64,000 nucleotides of DNA. Origin: Vezdaea acicularis. Lineage: Eukaryota. The position numbers and the translations under genes are program-made. The notes under the pieces are model-generated. The model was not told the origin of the DNA. It saw only the letters and a list, made by a program, of their open reading frames with translations, and made no database searches. Location of the stretch: assembly GCA_026025075.1 (NCBI GenBank), contig JAPEUI010000012.1, positions 62,001 through 126,000 on the forward strand, given 5' to 3'. Shown here piece after piece: positions 23,040 through 35,382 of the stretch. Position 1 is the stretch's first letter; every line of letters begins with the position of its first letter.

Positions 23040-25868
23040 TCATCTAGGAGGCGCTCCACCCAAATCTCTCAACCCTCTCACGGCCCCGCTACTACCGCCC
23101 CCACGCTCGTCCTGACTAACCCGACTCGGACTCGTTCGACTCCGCTCATCCTCCTCCTCCAGCACATCGCTCAGCCTGGTCGGATGGTGATGCGCATGCC
23201 TCGGCACGTTCTCCCACCCAGAGCCGTACCCACTCCCCGAGTAATCCACCTGGGTCCCCGCAAAGCCGTCGCCGCCGTAGACTTGTCCTGAGGCGCCTTG
23301 CTGCTGCCGCGCCACGGCCGCAGCGGCGGCGCGGTCGCGCGCCGCTTGGTTGTACTGTTCTTGATACTGGCGCTCGCGTTCGGCGGCTTCGTGCACGTCC
23401 ATCTCGTCACTTTCCTCGGATGGCGCGGTGCCGGGTCGGTAGGGGTAGGGGATCCGGCGGCCAGAGGGGTCAAGTCGGTATTCGCCATGCTCGTCGATCT
23501 CGTATTCTCCGTCGGAGAAGGTACCTTCTTCTGAAGGACGTGAGAGGAAGGATTGTGCGTCTGGGGCGGCGCTCCCTTCAGGGCCTTGGAGGGAGATGCC
23601 TTCGTGCTGATATAAGGATGAGGGGTTGGCGCGGGCGGTTGCGGACGTGGAGGCGCCGAGTGTAGAAGGGATGGTTTGGGAGGGAGGGATTACAGGGTAG
23701 GACCGGACAGATGTTGAGGGGGGGTTGGCGTTAGTGGTCGTGGTAGCGCTGCCGCCTTGAGTGGAGAGACCCGTTTCGTTGTGCTGGACGGGCCCGGCGG
23801 CCTGGTAGGCGCCTTCGTAGAAGGGGTCGTCGGCTGTGGAGGTTAAGGAGGGTTCGTAGGGGGCCGTGGTTGTGTCAACGTATGCTTGGACGCGGTCGGC
23901 AATACTCGTCTGGGTGTCGGTCTGACCGCCCATCCGTGTGGCCGTGGGGCCACCGGGGTAAGGTCCCTCACGAGTTGAGGGCCGGTTGGTGCTGCCTTGT
24001 CTGCTAGGTGCACCAGCCATAGGAAGGACTTGAACACCGCCCACTATTGTAGGCTGACCATCGCGCAGGGAGGTTGTGCGGTCTCTTTCTTCTTGTTCTC
24101 TCCGCCCTAGCTCTTCCCATGCGCGCCGGGCCTCCTCTTTTGATATCTGTAGTTCTCGCCGCATCTCGATCAACATCTTCTCCGCGGTGACCAGCTTCTC
24201 GCTGTCTTTGTTATTTAGATTTCTTTGTAACTCAGCGCGGGCTTCTCGCTCCCGTCTCAGCTCCGCTTCTAATCCGCCCTGAATCTCCTTGGCTCGCTCC
24301 TGGTCCTCCCTTGTGTCGAAGAACCATCGCTGGAATTTCCGTTCTGACGACGCTCGTAAACGTTGTAGTTCAACTACCGCATGAAAGAGATTTGCTCCCG
24401 CGGCAGATAGATCTGTAATTTGTCGAGACATCTGCTGATTCAGCGGCTGATTATTGATGTCGCTCGAGTTCTCTTGGAGTCGCCGGATCCAGTAAGAGGT
24501 CAAACCCTCCCAATGGGAAGATAATGTCTCCCATCTCTCAAAAGCGTGCGGAAATGATGACCTGTTTGTGTTTCGCCCTCTCGAACCGTCCGAAGCTGCT
24601 CCTGGAGCTGGCTGTGAGGATGGGCCGGCCGAAGCTCCTTGCTGTGCTCGCGCTGTTGACGCTCCTGCACCTGTTCCAGCTCTCGTCTGTGATTGCTGAG
24701 TCGCAGGCTGAGACTGCGGAGGCTGATAAGACGAGGCGGCTGGCTGTTGTTGCTGCGCCGGTCGTGCTTGAGCCTGCGGTATTGATGGAGCTCTCGCTCG
24801 AGATGCGCCTGCACTAACCCCGTTTCCTTGATCGCGGCGCGGGGCCATCGGTTCGGCTCGCGAGCCAGAAGGCGCATACGCTGCCGGTTGCGCTTGCGTA
24901 GGTGGATCCGTCTTTATTCTTCCCCCTCCCGAAGCTCGCCCTCCTCTTCTTTCTATAGAAAATGAATCCTGACCGTACTGAGGACCTCCTCCGGACATCG
25001 AGCTACCCACAGCAACGCCAGCAGCTGCATCTCCTCTCCCACTACTTTGCCTAAGCTCTGCAGGCCTAGGTTCTGCCTCCTCTTCGGCATATCTTAGTCG
25101 TGCTTCATCACTTTCTGCTTTTTTCCTCGCTTCTCGAGCTGCTCGATCGAGCATGATATCTCTCGGTGTTCGGACTCGGGCCGTTGGAGCAGCACCCGGC
25201 TGAGATGCAGGCGCCGAACCCTGCGTTCGGCCGCCGCCGTTGCCGCGTCCATTTCCACCCGATGATGAGGGTCCACCGCCAAGCAACTCTGACATCGAAG
25301 CGTTTTCTTCCTCCTCGTATGGGGTCAGAGGATTTGGCGTTCGAAGTGCCACTTGCAAAGTCCAACGTATAGCAGAAGCTGTGCGCCTGGATATTCGAGT
25401 TGATTGCTCTGCTTGTAGAAAGGAAGGGAACGGCTGTGGGCCGGTCGATAATTGAAGTGAGCTGGAACTTCGAGTGTCAAGATCCTCACTAAGGATATCT
25501 ACAGCTCGAGTATCCTGGCGCTCTCCCGGTGCAGGACCAGGCTCGAAGGTGGGCTCAGCCTCTGCTTCAAAGTTTGCTTCCGGCCGATTCTGCGATTCCG
25601 CATGTGCAGGTAGAGAGTACCGTCTAGCTGCTGGTCCGGCTGATGAAGACCGCGGTCTACGCTGTTGTTCTTCGAACTTTGGAGTTCTGCGAAGGGTTCG
25701 TGTACTACCGGAGGAGCTCGAGGGTCGAGTAAGAGTTTGTGATCGTGAGGAAAGTTGAGGTAGCTGCTGGCGTTGCTGCGACCGTTCAGTCGTCGGGTCG
25801 TTAATGTCGTGGAGGTCGTGAAAAACTTGAAAAGTTGTTCGCGACAGCGTCAGCAGCGGAGTGCGCAA
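23040..25868 (-). CDS. Fungal hypothetical protein with low-complexity ends and a central coiled-coil core; start uncertain
   Basis: 942-codon open frame. The core FPHAFERWETLSSHWEGLTSYW...VELQRLRASSERKFQRWFF...SKEEARRAWEELGRREQEER looks conserved. First in-frame ATG is at 25295. Confidence 0.8.
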   Translation of the reverse strand: MRTPLLTLSRTTFQVFHDLHDINDPTTERSQQRQQLPQLSSRSQTLTRPSSSSGSTRTLRRTPKFEEQQRRPRSSSAGPAARRYSLPAHAESQNRPEANFEAEAEPTFEPGPAPGERQDTRAVDILSEDLDTRSSSSLQLSTGPQPFPSFLQAEQSTRISRRTASAIRWTLQVALRTPNPLTPYEEEENASMSELLGGGPSSSGGNGRGNGGGRTQGSAPASQPGAAPTARVRTPRDIMLDRAAREARKKAESDEARLRYAEEEAEPRPAELRQSSGRGDAAAGVAVGSSMSGGGPQYGQDSFSIERRGGRASGGGRIKTDPPTQAQPAAYAPSGSRAEPMAPRRDQGNGVSAGASRARAPSIPQAQARPAQQQQPAASSYQPPQSQPATQQSQTRAGTGAGASTARAQQGASAGPSSQPAPGAASDGSRGRNTNRSSFPHAFERWETLSSHWEGLTSYWIRRLQENSSDINNQPLNQQMSRQITDLSAAGANLFHAVVELQRLRASSERKFQRWFFDTREDQERAKEIQGGLEAELRREREARAELQRNLNNKDSEKLVTAEKMLIEMRRELQISKEEARRAWEELGRREQEERDRTTSLRDGQPTIVGGVQVLPMAGAPSRQGSTNRPSTREGPYPGGPTATRMGGQTDTQTSIADRVQAYVDTTTAPYEPSLTSTADDPFYEGAYQAAGPVQHNETGLSTQGGSATTTTNANPPSTSVRSYPVIPPSQTIPSTLGASTSATARANPSSLYQHEGISLQGPEGSAAPDAQSFLSRPSEEGTFSDGEYEIDEHGEYRLDPSGRRIPYPYRPGTAPSEESDEMDVHEAAERERQYQEQYNQAARDRAAAAAVARQQQGASGQVYGGDGFAGTQVDYSGSGYGSGWENVPRHAHHHPTRLSDVLEEEDERSRTSPSRVSQDERGGGSSGAVRGLRDLGGAPPR

Positions 25869-28800
25869 TCGTGGGACGCAAGAGTGACTGAGGCTGCTAT
25901 ATCAACTGCATAGAGAGCAATTGATATCTGGTGAAGCCCCAATGGTATTGGCGCCAGCGATTCCCACAAAAGGTTCTCAAGCTGGTGAGTATTCTCGATA
26001 TGACGGTCTCGATGACTGATTACACGGTGATCGTTGCAGGGTAGTAAAGGTCTAGCAAGAGTGATGTGAGCATGGTCAATTATCGACGTTAGGCAGAGGG
26101 TGATAGCTGAGGGTGTGCCTCTTTCGAGGTGTGGTAGCTTTTGGAGCTCCGGTGGATCTCTAAAGCAAGGTGGCTGGGCGAATTGTCACACTGCAAAAAT
26201 CGGTTGGCGAAGTGAGACCATCACCAACCTCCCTCTTCGGCAAAAACCAATGAACGGCGACTCACCTAAATTATACAAGGTCGAAGGAAGTTCAAATGGC
26301 AAGGATTGTAGGATTCAGGAGTCGTAACCGTCTTTTACTGCCCGAGTCAGCACTTTGTCGACAGCTGTGCAAGCCTTGACGGGGGCCGAATCTCGTTCAC
26401 ACCGTGATTTTAGTAACAAGGAGAATCGTCGCACAGTCCGCCCTGCGGTCTTCCACCCCTCCGTCGCCTCACCCTGCCAACTCCACCCCCCTAAATGATC
26501 TAAAAGAGGAGAGCCGGCCGCAATGTCAAAGGATTTTCGATTGTATTGTTGAGTTTGAAGTGGATGGTGAATTCTAGCTCCCATCTCAAGGCGGCTACCG
26601 CGGCCATACAACTACTCCATCGCTGATATCTCGGGCGGCAGTAATGACGAGGGTCGCCAGGTAGTACGCCACGACCAGGGGCTTGGTAGCTGTCAAATTG
26701 TCTTGATGGACAGCCAACAGAACCAATTGCAATAGAAAGGAGCGTTCCGACTACATCGGATTGCACCTGAATCTCTTTGATACTGAAGGCTCGCACAATA
26801 TGTCCCGGGGAGTTTGTTCGGGAGGGTACGGCGGGTACACGGATTGAAAAAGCGGGAGGCTGGTTACTTTTGCAGTCGAGCTTGACCGCCATGCCTCCAA
26901 CCGATGCGTTGGCAAAACGCACGCCAGACCCAAATTCGCCGCCGTCGAAACACCAGTTGAGATTCACTGTCATCAACGGAGCAGTCAAAATTTCATCTCG
27001 CCCCGACCGCGAATTAGGGCAATCGGACACTGGGACAACCCCTACTTCGAGGACTGCTAAATTGAAGTGGTTATGTGTGACGTATCGTCCGACCCGCGAC
27101 ATTGGGGAGAGCACTTTAGCAAGACACAAATGGCCGCCACAACCCCTTTGCGGACAATTCATTGCTACTCCTGGACAAATGGGTGCTGGCATGGAGCCCT
27201 GATTGGGCAAGACCTGCGAAAGGGCTGCCCGCCGCTGGTTAATTTCGTCCAATCACTGCAGAAGTTCGCAACCTTATTTTCTCGCATTTGGCTGTGCAAA
27301 GGAAATCAAGCCTCAAGGCCTAGACTCTCGAAAAGGGCCGAGCAACTATTCATGCCCAAGACATGGGATCCGTCACGGTCGTTCTCGAATTTGTGCACCG
27401 TAAGCACAACTAATGATGAGCAAGAAAAGCGCCTTTCCGTTTGTGAGAGCTACTGCAGCATTTAGAAAGGTTATACCTCCACATCAACACCACCAACGAA
27501 TGCTCACTACTCGTGCCACCTCTTCACGTTCTGGCGCTCTTGCAACACCCTCATAGGATCCAAAACTTCTCTGCACCGCACACGGCCCGTCCTATATCGG
27601 ACTCAAACCTGGGTCATCGCTTTCCTCGATTTCGTATATGAAGCCGTACTGGAACCTCCCATTCCACCGAGCCATCGGCATTTGATGAAAGTAAGGGTCC
27701 AGTCAAAGCCCGAAGAAAGTATTTCAAATGCTCTTCATGGAAGTCATTGCCTGTTACACCAAGAAGATACCAGCCGCGAAGGGCCAGATATCTTGATTTT
27801 TGATCATGTCCGAATCTCGCAGCACGTTCAAAGCGACACTCGACGACTTCATAAACCACTCCAGGCCAATCGCCTTGCGAGCGGTAACGCCGTAGTCGAC
27901 TCTGCCGCACGACTTCCATCCGATCAGACCGTGGGACTGCCCTCGATCCTCCGCGTATAGCGGGACAGGCGGCAATTTGTGACCAGTCAGTTCTCCGGGG
28001 CCTCTTCGGCTGCCGCGCAACCCGCACACATCCCCCTTCACTTCAAGTCCTGCACGCTTGAAGCCTTCTACCTACTTCACACGTCACTTGCCTATGTCTC
28101 TGACCAGGGGTCCACAGCCCACGAACCACGGATCGGATTTGGCCCCGTATGCTCGAATCTAAGGTTCTTGCTCAAATGTTGATAGACTCCAGTAATGGTC
28201 TATAAATTCACACTATTCCCTATAGCACGTACTTGATTGAGCTAAGACGCAGAATTGTGACTCTTTATCATGACTTACCGGCATGATATCAGGCTAACCT
28301 TATAACACTTTTCATGCGCCAGTCAGGTAATTAGATCGGAGTCCACTGATTTTCTGACTGGGTCGCTTGGTCGGATCCCCAGATGTATCGAACGAGCAAG
28401 CGACACGGGCCGACTGTCCGATCAAGCCAGCACCGAGAAACCAAACACACCTTTTGCAGCTCCCCTGTCGAATTTCTTCCCAACCATGGGCAGATCGAGG
28501 CGAGGTGCCAATCAGCTTGGCTCCAGAACAAACGCCACCTGTTCGGCTTGCGTTCGCGCGGATAGCGAAGCATGGGCCCCAATCTGTCAATAGCAAAGCA
28601 TAGATCGCAAAGCTGTTGATGGCAAAGCGTTTGATGGTGAGCCCCTAGGAGCCTCTACGGGAGATCACCACGCCGTGACCCGGTTTGCAGAAGCCTCACC
28701 GAGTTCGCTATCCTTGATCCGCTTGCCTCAGTAAGGATACCTCCCTTGCATTCTTTTGTGGCGTCCACCCAATTCCAACATTGCAGTGTTCGTGGTAATG

Positions 28801-29029
28801 GAGAACGCAAAGATCAGCATGACTGGTGGAATGCGGATGCGTCTCCTAATAGGTCTCTCCTCAGGAGACTAACATTTGAAAGGGTGGCTCCCTTGATTGG
28901 GCCTATAAGCCTTGCTTATATCCTCCCATCTCCTTTGTATCGTCACTATATCATCACTTGTCAAGGCTCCACCGCATAACTACTGCTAGTGCGAGACTCT
29001 TTTGCTGTTTAATTCTTGTGTCTTTCGCG

Positions 29030-30097
29030 ATGAATCAGGAAGATATACCTATACTAGAGCGAGACGATTATGACGATCTGCTTCTAAGTTCGTCAAATTA
29101 CTCTCGTTCGAGCTCAGTACCCCTATGCGCAGAAGTTCCCCCAAGAGTGGAGACGATATCTGGACCCACATCTTCAAAGCGCCCGTGGGCGCTTTCGAAC
29201 GCAACGTCTCTTTCCTTGAAAACCGACATTCCACCCATGAAAAAGAGGTCGACTTCACCTCCTCCGCCACGAGCGCCACCGTCTTCTCCCTTACCCCATG
29301 CTGAAGAACACCTCAAGAGGTTCGACCCGGTCTCTGTTAGTCGTGCAATGGCCTCACTCGCACGAAGGCGCCACTCCACTGCGACTAGTATCACTATACC
29401 TAGCATGACGTTGGACGACTCATCCGTTGATGGAACCTTTGTTAGTAGCATGGATAACGGAGATTGCTGGTCCCCAAAGAGCTTCGAGCGCGAAGGGCGC
29501 GAGCATGGTCGTCCAGATTCAGTCACGCTTGCCTTGGAAGAGTCCGACAACCAGTTGTCGATCTTGTGTGGACGACCCGGTCATCGCTCAACGACGTCAA
29601 GCATTATCGTTCAGAAAAGCCCCAAGATACCCTCACGTCTGGATACAGCGCACTCGCAGACGTACTCTGTCGAAGCTCTCCATGGATCTCAAATATTTGA
29701 AATGTCGGAGTATACGCCACATCCAGTGCACAACATGCGACCGATTGCCTCGTTGGAGCATCCTCAGGTCGCCTCAATTTCGCATGAGCTCTCACGTTCA
29801 CAGTCTTTACCAAAATTGTCCCTGTTTCCATTAAATAATCAGGGACATCAACGAAGGCCATCCCCGCCTCCCGTACGTTCCATCTTTGAGGACGACTCCT
29901 CAGACGATGGTGACGATGTAATGGAGGTCGAAGAGATTCCATATTCTCGTTCTACCAGGTCGCCGCTAAAGATAGCTAAGAGATGGGGGCTTTCGGGGTC
30001 CAGGCATAGGCTCAAACAGAGGTTTAAAAATATATTTCGACGAATACCCAGCTGTCCATATTTGAAAAAGCAGTGTCGAACATCGGCGGCGCACTGA
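29030..30097 (+). CDS. Hypothetical Ser/Pro-rich disordered protein
   Basis: 355-codon ATG ORF with an acidic patch (SIFEDDSSDD) and a basic C-terminus; no recognisable domain. Confidence 0.55.
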   Translation: MNQEDIPILERDDYDDLLLSSSNYSRSSSVPLCAEVPPRVETISGPTSSKRPWALSNATSLSLKTDIPPMKKRSTSPPPPRAPPSSPLPHAEEHLKRFDPVSVSRAMASLARRRHSTATSITIPSMTLDDSSVDGTFVSSMDNGDCWSPKSFEREGREHGRPDSVTLALEESDNQLSILCGRPGHRSTTSSIIVQKSPKIPSRLDTAHSQTYSVEALHGSQIFEMSEYTPHPVHNMRPIASLEHPQVASISHELSRSQSLPKLSLFPLNNQGHQRRPSPPPVRSIFEDDSSDDGDDVMEVEEIPYSRSTRSPLKIAKRWGLSGSRHRLKQRFKNIFRRIPSCPYLKKQCRTSAAH

Positions 30098-31621
30098 AAT
30101 TATCAGCCCATCGTGGTTTATACGTCGGAATCTCGAGTTAATGACACTCTACGCCATATTCGATTTATGACTTATCCTCGGGGACCATGACTTGACGAGG
30201 CGGCTTGCGATTTTGATTATGTTTCATTTTAGGGGTGGACCACACCACGGTTATTGGGCTATGAAGTACGGACCATGTCAGGGGCGGCAATTTGAATGTT
30301 TGCTATCATTTGACGTTCTGGTTTGTTTCTGACGCGTGCCTCATCTCAGAGTTGGCAGGACGCCATCTCCGCACCAGGCGTTCAATCTTTTCTGACAGTG
30401 CTGGGTGCTCTTTAGGAACCCACGTGGTATTTTTTTCGATGTTGCTCAGCACAGTTTCGCCGTGCATGAACGGCCATGGCCTGTTTTTACTAATACTTTG
30501 ATAATCTTCTGTGCATTTATCCCCCGAAAATGAAGGAGCTCGTCGCTATCTTGAGGTTCTGCTTGTGTATGATTCGATTTATAATTGCACTCCAGAATCT
30601 ACACACCATCCCTTTACTCGGAACTGTTTAATAGCTCCGGCGGCTCATAGGGGCCGGACGCTCGCCGTACTAGGCCGAGGAGTGCTCGCCTCAATGCTCA
30701 AGCTGCTTGCTGATCCAGCCTGCTGGTACCACCCCGGAGAAGGTTACCCCGTCAATCATGAGCTGGCATTGCCAACCCCCGAATCCGGCGCTCCAGGGGC
30801 AGGGGCGTGAGATATTTACGACCTGTGGGGAGTAGGGTCTGTGAGCTGTCACCTACCTGCGGAGTTCGGAAGTCGGCCAAGGAATGCACGATGTGGGCTC
30901 GGTGCCGTATGTGATGTAACCAGTCACATTACCCCTGGACCATGGGATTTGTAATTTTCATGCGACTAATGTATGCAGGATTGTGGAGCGATGGCATTCT
31001 TCGTATTGATAAGTCGATGTCCATCTCAAAACCCGATCGCTTGAGTTCATGCCAGAACACGCCCATACATTCTTATCAACATGCCCTACCATCCAATCGG
31101 TTCAAATGGCTGAATTGACTACACCTAGCACCATGGACACAGCCCACAACCCAGTCCTTGGATCGTACCTCGGCATGCCATCGACTCCTACCTGATGCTC
31201 ACATCTATGGTCACTCCTGCTACCCTCTGTTACGGTGCCAAAGATTCTACCGCGTCTTGAAACTTTCACCGCTTATTTCGAGCCAGTCACAATCACCATC
31301 TCCTTCGAAACCAGGTCAACCACCAGCATCTGCGCAACTGCACACATTTTCGGGGCACACCTTAACCCATACTAACACCACTCGGAGTCGTCCCTGTCGT
31401 CAAACCCGACGTCGTCTCAATCTCCTCCTGAGCGTTCCTTTAACAATTCGTCGAACGACTGATCCACACAGCTACTAAGACCCCATAAGTGCAATCAACA
31501 CCTATCCTCGCTCGTACCTAACTATACTCCTAACTGCTACATCCTCTCAGCCCCTCAATCCTGTGGAACCCATCCAACCAGACCAACCTCTTTCCCTCCC
31601 CTCTCCCTCCTCACACCATAC

Positions 31622-32194
31622 CTAATTCGGCGCAAACAGATACCTTGCCCTAGCCGGCAACCGCCTCCTCCTCAAACTACGCTTACACGGCGGACAATCA
31701 TCCGGCTCTCGCTTCATGTACGTGACCTCGAAAACATAGCACTTCCCCTTCTCCCCCCCGCCCCGCGGCAGCGACGCATTCGAAACCGCGCCTGCCGCCG
31801 CCGCGTGCGGCGGACTAGCACCCGCAGCCAGACGCTGAGTTGTCTGCTGAACTATGGAAATCCCCGTCTTGCACCCCTCTGGGCTTAGAGGTGCTGGTGG
31901 TGTCCTGCCGACCAGGCTGTCCTTGCTCCGCGGCGCCCCCGTTGCTTCTACAGCTGCGTCCGTGGCGCTCGGCAAGGACAGCTCTCCCGCAGAAGGTGTG
32001 GTGGTCAGGCACGACACCTTTGCGGAGGGGCCTTCCGCCGCTGCCGCCGCGGCGAACACAGGAGGCCCTGCGAGCGGGTGCAGCGGGTTCAGCGCCGAGT
32101 CCGGGTGTGCGGCGAACCGGTCGTAGGAGCAGGAACTGTATTTCGTGTAGTAGCTCTCTCCGCACGGGTGGATGTGCAGTGTGAAGTGGCACAT
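31622..32194 (-). CDS. Small hypothetical protein with MC-x8-CG...C...CxxC motif
   Basis: ATG ORF MCHFTLHIHPCG..C...CPPC, preceded by a TATAAA box (~32302-32307 on the minus strand) and a C-rich leader. Confidence 0.55.
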   Translation of the reverse strand: MCHFTLHIHPCGESYYTKYSSCSYDRFAAHPDSALNPLHPLAGPPVFAAAAAAEGPSAKVSCLTTTPSAGELSLPSATDAAVEATGAPRSKDSLVGRTPPAPLSPEGCKTGISIVQQTTQRLAAGASPPHAAAAGAVSNASLPRGGGEKGKCYVFEVTYMKREPDDCPPCKRSLRRRRLPARARYLFAPN

Positions 32195-32841
32195 TTGTTC
32201 TTCGGTGTTTTTTGTGGGTGGTGCGGGGGTGAGAAATGTGGGCGTAGAGGAGGTGGGTGGTGTGAGGGGAGAGGAGGCGGCGTTATTGGTGTGGTGAGGA
32301 CTTTATAGAACCGCCGTACAGCCGTCCATGCGGGCATAGTAGACTTACCTCCCACCGCTCCATCCAGCCCATGTACCACGCAGCAATCTGCAATGGCCAG
32401 CTACAATGGTTCAGCGTGAGGACCTGTCACTAGAACAAGTAAATCTACTTCCACCCTCCCTCCCTCCCGCTCCCACGGCCGCCGGCGTGATCAAACGCTG
32501 CCATATCTGCGGGTAGATCGTTCTCCGAATTTGTTTTGGAGTAGGTGAAGGGAGGGGGGGAGGGGTTCTGCGGGCTTCAAACGGAGGGCGCAAACGACTT
32601 TCCGTGCCCTGACCACGGAAGGCGGAGGTGGGGCTGGGATTGTGATGTCTGGGACCAGCCTAAAGGGGGGGAGGGTTCTGGTCGTGGGTTATGGTTATGT
32701 TCAGCACCCCTCTCCCCGTCACCTGTCAACTTTCCTCCACGACCTTTCAATCATTCCAAGATATCATTTCCGTAACCTCAACATCCTATCCTCACTCTCA
32801 CACAAACATAGATTGCTATAAGCTCACTTTTCGGTTATTAC

Positions 32842-32957
32842 GGTCTGATGGTCTAGTGGTATGATTGTCGCTTAGGGTGTCCATTCCCCTTGGGAAACCG
32901 AGTGGGGAATTGAATGCAATCTGTGACAGGTCCCGGGTTCAATCCCCGGTCAGACCC
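32842..32957 (+). tRNA. tRNA-Pro(AGG) with 44-nt intron (32878-32921)
   Basis: Acceptor stem GGTCTGA/TCAGACC, A-box TGGTCTAGTGG, anticodon arm GTCGC-TT-AGG-G..T-GTGAC and T-arm CCGGG-TTCAATC-CCCGG. Confidence 0.93.
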
Positions 32958-33259
32958 TTTGTTATTAGGCATGATTTAAGTCGCCGCGATGTTTTCCAAT
33001 TGTGATGTGGAAGTCTTTTTTTGGACCGCCTTTCAGGATTTCTTTTGGGAGTGGGTATGGTTGCTGCCGAGGCTCGCTGGGCGCGCTTTGTGGAGAGATG
33101 GCGGATTGAACCGAGGGTTTTCGTGACGCTGGACGGATGCGTTTCTTTGGAGTTCCTAGGCAACAAGTCACTTCATCCTTGCCGGCTCAGAGTGGTATCT
33201 ATTCAGTCTATCTCTAAATGCAGTGATAAACACAATATGTCTAATGCAAGCCTTGCGAT

Positions 33260-35382
33260 TCACCCTTCGAAAACGCTGTGGTTCAGCTCCAGTCCGAAGG
33301 TATCCTTCGCAATGCCCCTCATATGCGCTTCCATCTCGTCCTCCATCCCGCCGCCGAGCCCGAAGAACTGTTTTAGCTTGCTCGCATAGAAGACGAAGTC
33401 GCTGCTCAGCAGGACCAGTCTGAAGACGAGATGTCTTCCCAGATTCGTCGCCTTCTCGCGGAGGGTTAGATCGGGCGATTCGACCAGCGCGCGCGACGCC
33501 CAGAGCGAGGTAATCTTGATGCGATTCACGGGCGAGCCGAGATACTGGTTGTTTCCCTGGACGATGCGGAGGTTGCGGCCGAGGAAGATGAGGGCGCGGG
33601 GGAAGAGGTCGTCTTGGCTTAGGATTTCGCGGACGCCCTTGCGCATACGCTGCTGGACCTCGTAGGCACGGTCGGCTTCGTCTTTGCCGGTGAGGTCGCC
33701 CATGAGCCGCTCGTTGGTGGATTGGTCGCCGCCTTGGTAGGGCCGCATCAGGGTTGCGGAGGCGAAGAGGTCGACGCCGTTAATGCCCCATGCTTTGGTG
33801 ATGGTGGCCAGCGTCTTGTTGTCGAAGGCCATGAGGGACTTCCAGAAGAGCGCGTATTGGTGGCGGAACTCGGGCTCGAGGTGGATGTAGAGGCCGTGGT
33901 CGATCAGGACAAGTTCGGGCTGGCCTGAGGGCAGGCGGCGGATGAAGATGTTACCGGGGTGCGGATCGCAGTGGACCCAACCCCAGAGGAACATCTGTGC
34001 AGAGAAGAGGTCGACCATTGTTTGCATGACAGGCTTGAGGGAGAGGCCGAGGCCGCCTTTGCCGTCGCGGCCTTTCCAGGAGCTACGGTCGGGCTTGAAC
34101 TGGGCGTTGAGATTGGAGGAGTCTACTGGAGCGGATGTCTCTTGACTGAGAGGGCCGAGGGAAGTGCCGTGGACGCCAGGGCTACCTTTACGGCCTCCTT
34201 TCCAAGGTGCTGTCAAGGTGGCCTTGTCCCACAAGCGGACACCTTCAATCCATTCCGCGGTCATGACCCTTTTCGAGCTCAGCTCGCGCATTACTGTTGG
34301 TATGTATACCCGCCCATTGAGCCTTGGTTCTCCTTTTACTAGCTTCGCCATCCTTTCCGAGTTGTCGGCCTCGTTTTCAAAGTCACACTCAAGCAGTAAC
34401 CTTTCCGAGACAAAGGGGACGAGGGTGTACAAAGGGAGGTCGAACCACTTGGTATATATCCATGCGACGATTCTATTCATATGTCAGATTGAGGCAGAAG
34501 TCGTGCCTGGTGGAACAGTACTGACTTGAAAGACCATAGATCCCATCCGACCTGTTGCGCTATCTCTCTCTTCTGTATCTTGATCGCGACCTCTCGTCCG
34601 TCTTGCAGCCGGGCCCAATGGACCTGTCGTAATTCACATCAGCAACCGCTGGAACATAACAGGAGGAACAGGAGACATGAGTGGAATGATGAACATAAAC
34701 CTACTTGAGCCACGCTAGCACTTGCTCTTGCTCGTCTTTCCATGACACCCTTGCCAGGTTCCCCAGTAAAACTAACTCCGAATACCTCTTCAGGCGATTT
34801 GCCGAAGTCTTCCATTATAACCCTCTCCACATCCTTCCAGTCGTTCTGCGGAGCATCGTCGAACATCTTGGAGAACATCTTTTGAAACTCGGGGGGCAGT
34901 ATAGCGCTCTGCATGGCGATCGCCTGACCAATTTTCAGATAAAGGCCTCCGTTCGTATCCAAAAGATTGAACAGACGCTCTGCATTGCGCGAATGCAAAT
35001 GTGCAATAGACTTTGCGAATGGGGGGTGTGCTCGAAAGTTAATCTTGTAATCCGCCGCAACGACTGCGCCGGTACCGAAAGTACGCGCGCTTCGAAAGAG
35101 TGAAGAGAAAAGGAACTCTCTGTCAATAACGTATATGATGCCGATGCCAACGCTGAGATATAAAAGTCGCCGGCCATATTTGCGCATTCGTCGGTAAGTC
35201 TTTGGAGGGGCGGGCTTGGGAAGAGAGCTCGGAGGTGGTGGAACGAATGCTTGATACCGAGCATCTTGAAGATATCGTCGGATTATGGTTTGAGGCGGAC
35301 GCCAGGGCAGTCCTTTGAGAGACCCGGCCCTCATGTTTCCTCTGAGACATTGTGAGCAGATGGAGAGGAATGGGGTTGCCAT
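33260..35382 (-). CDS. ABC1/UbiB (ADCK1/Mcp2-like) mitochondrial atypical kinase
   Basis: Motifs NGGLYLKIGQ, ASASVAQV, VAIKIQ, ECDFENEA, HCDPHPGN and LIDHGLY; mitochondrial-type N-terminus; two introns near 34.5-34.7 kb. Confidence 0.92.

Noticed and set aside
26500..28041. Minus-strand ORFs of 250 aa and 137 aa
   Set aside because: Non-ATG starts, no recognisable domain and no convincing splice model; left unannotated, although a diverged gene cannot be excluded.
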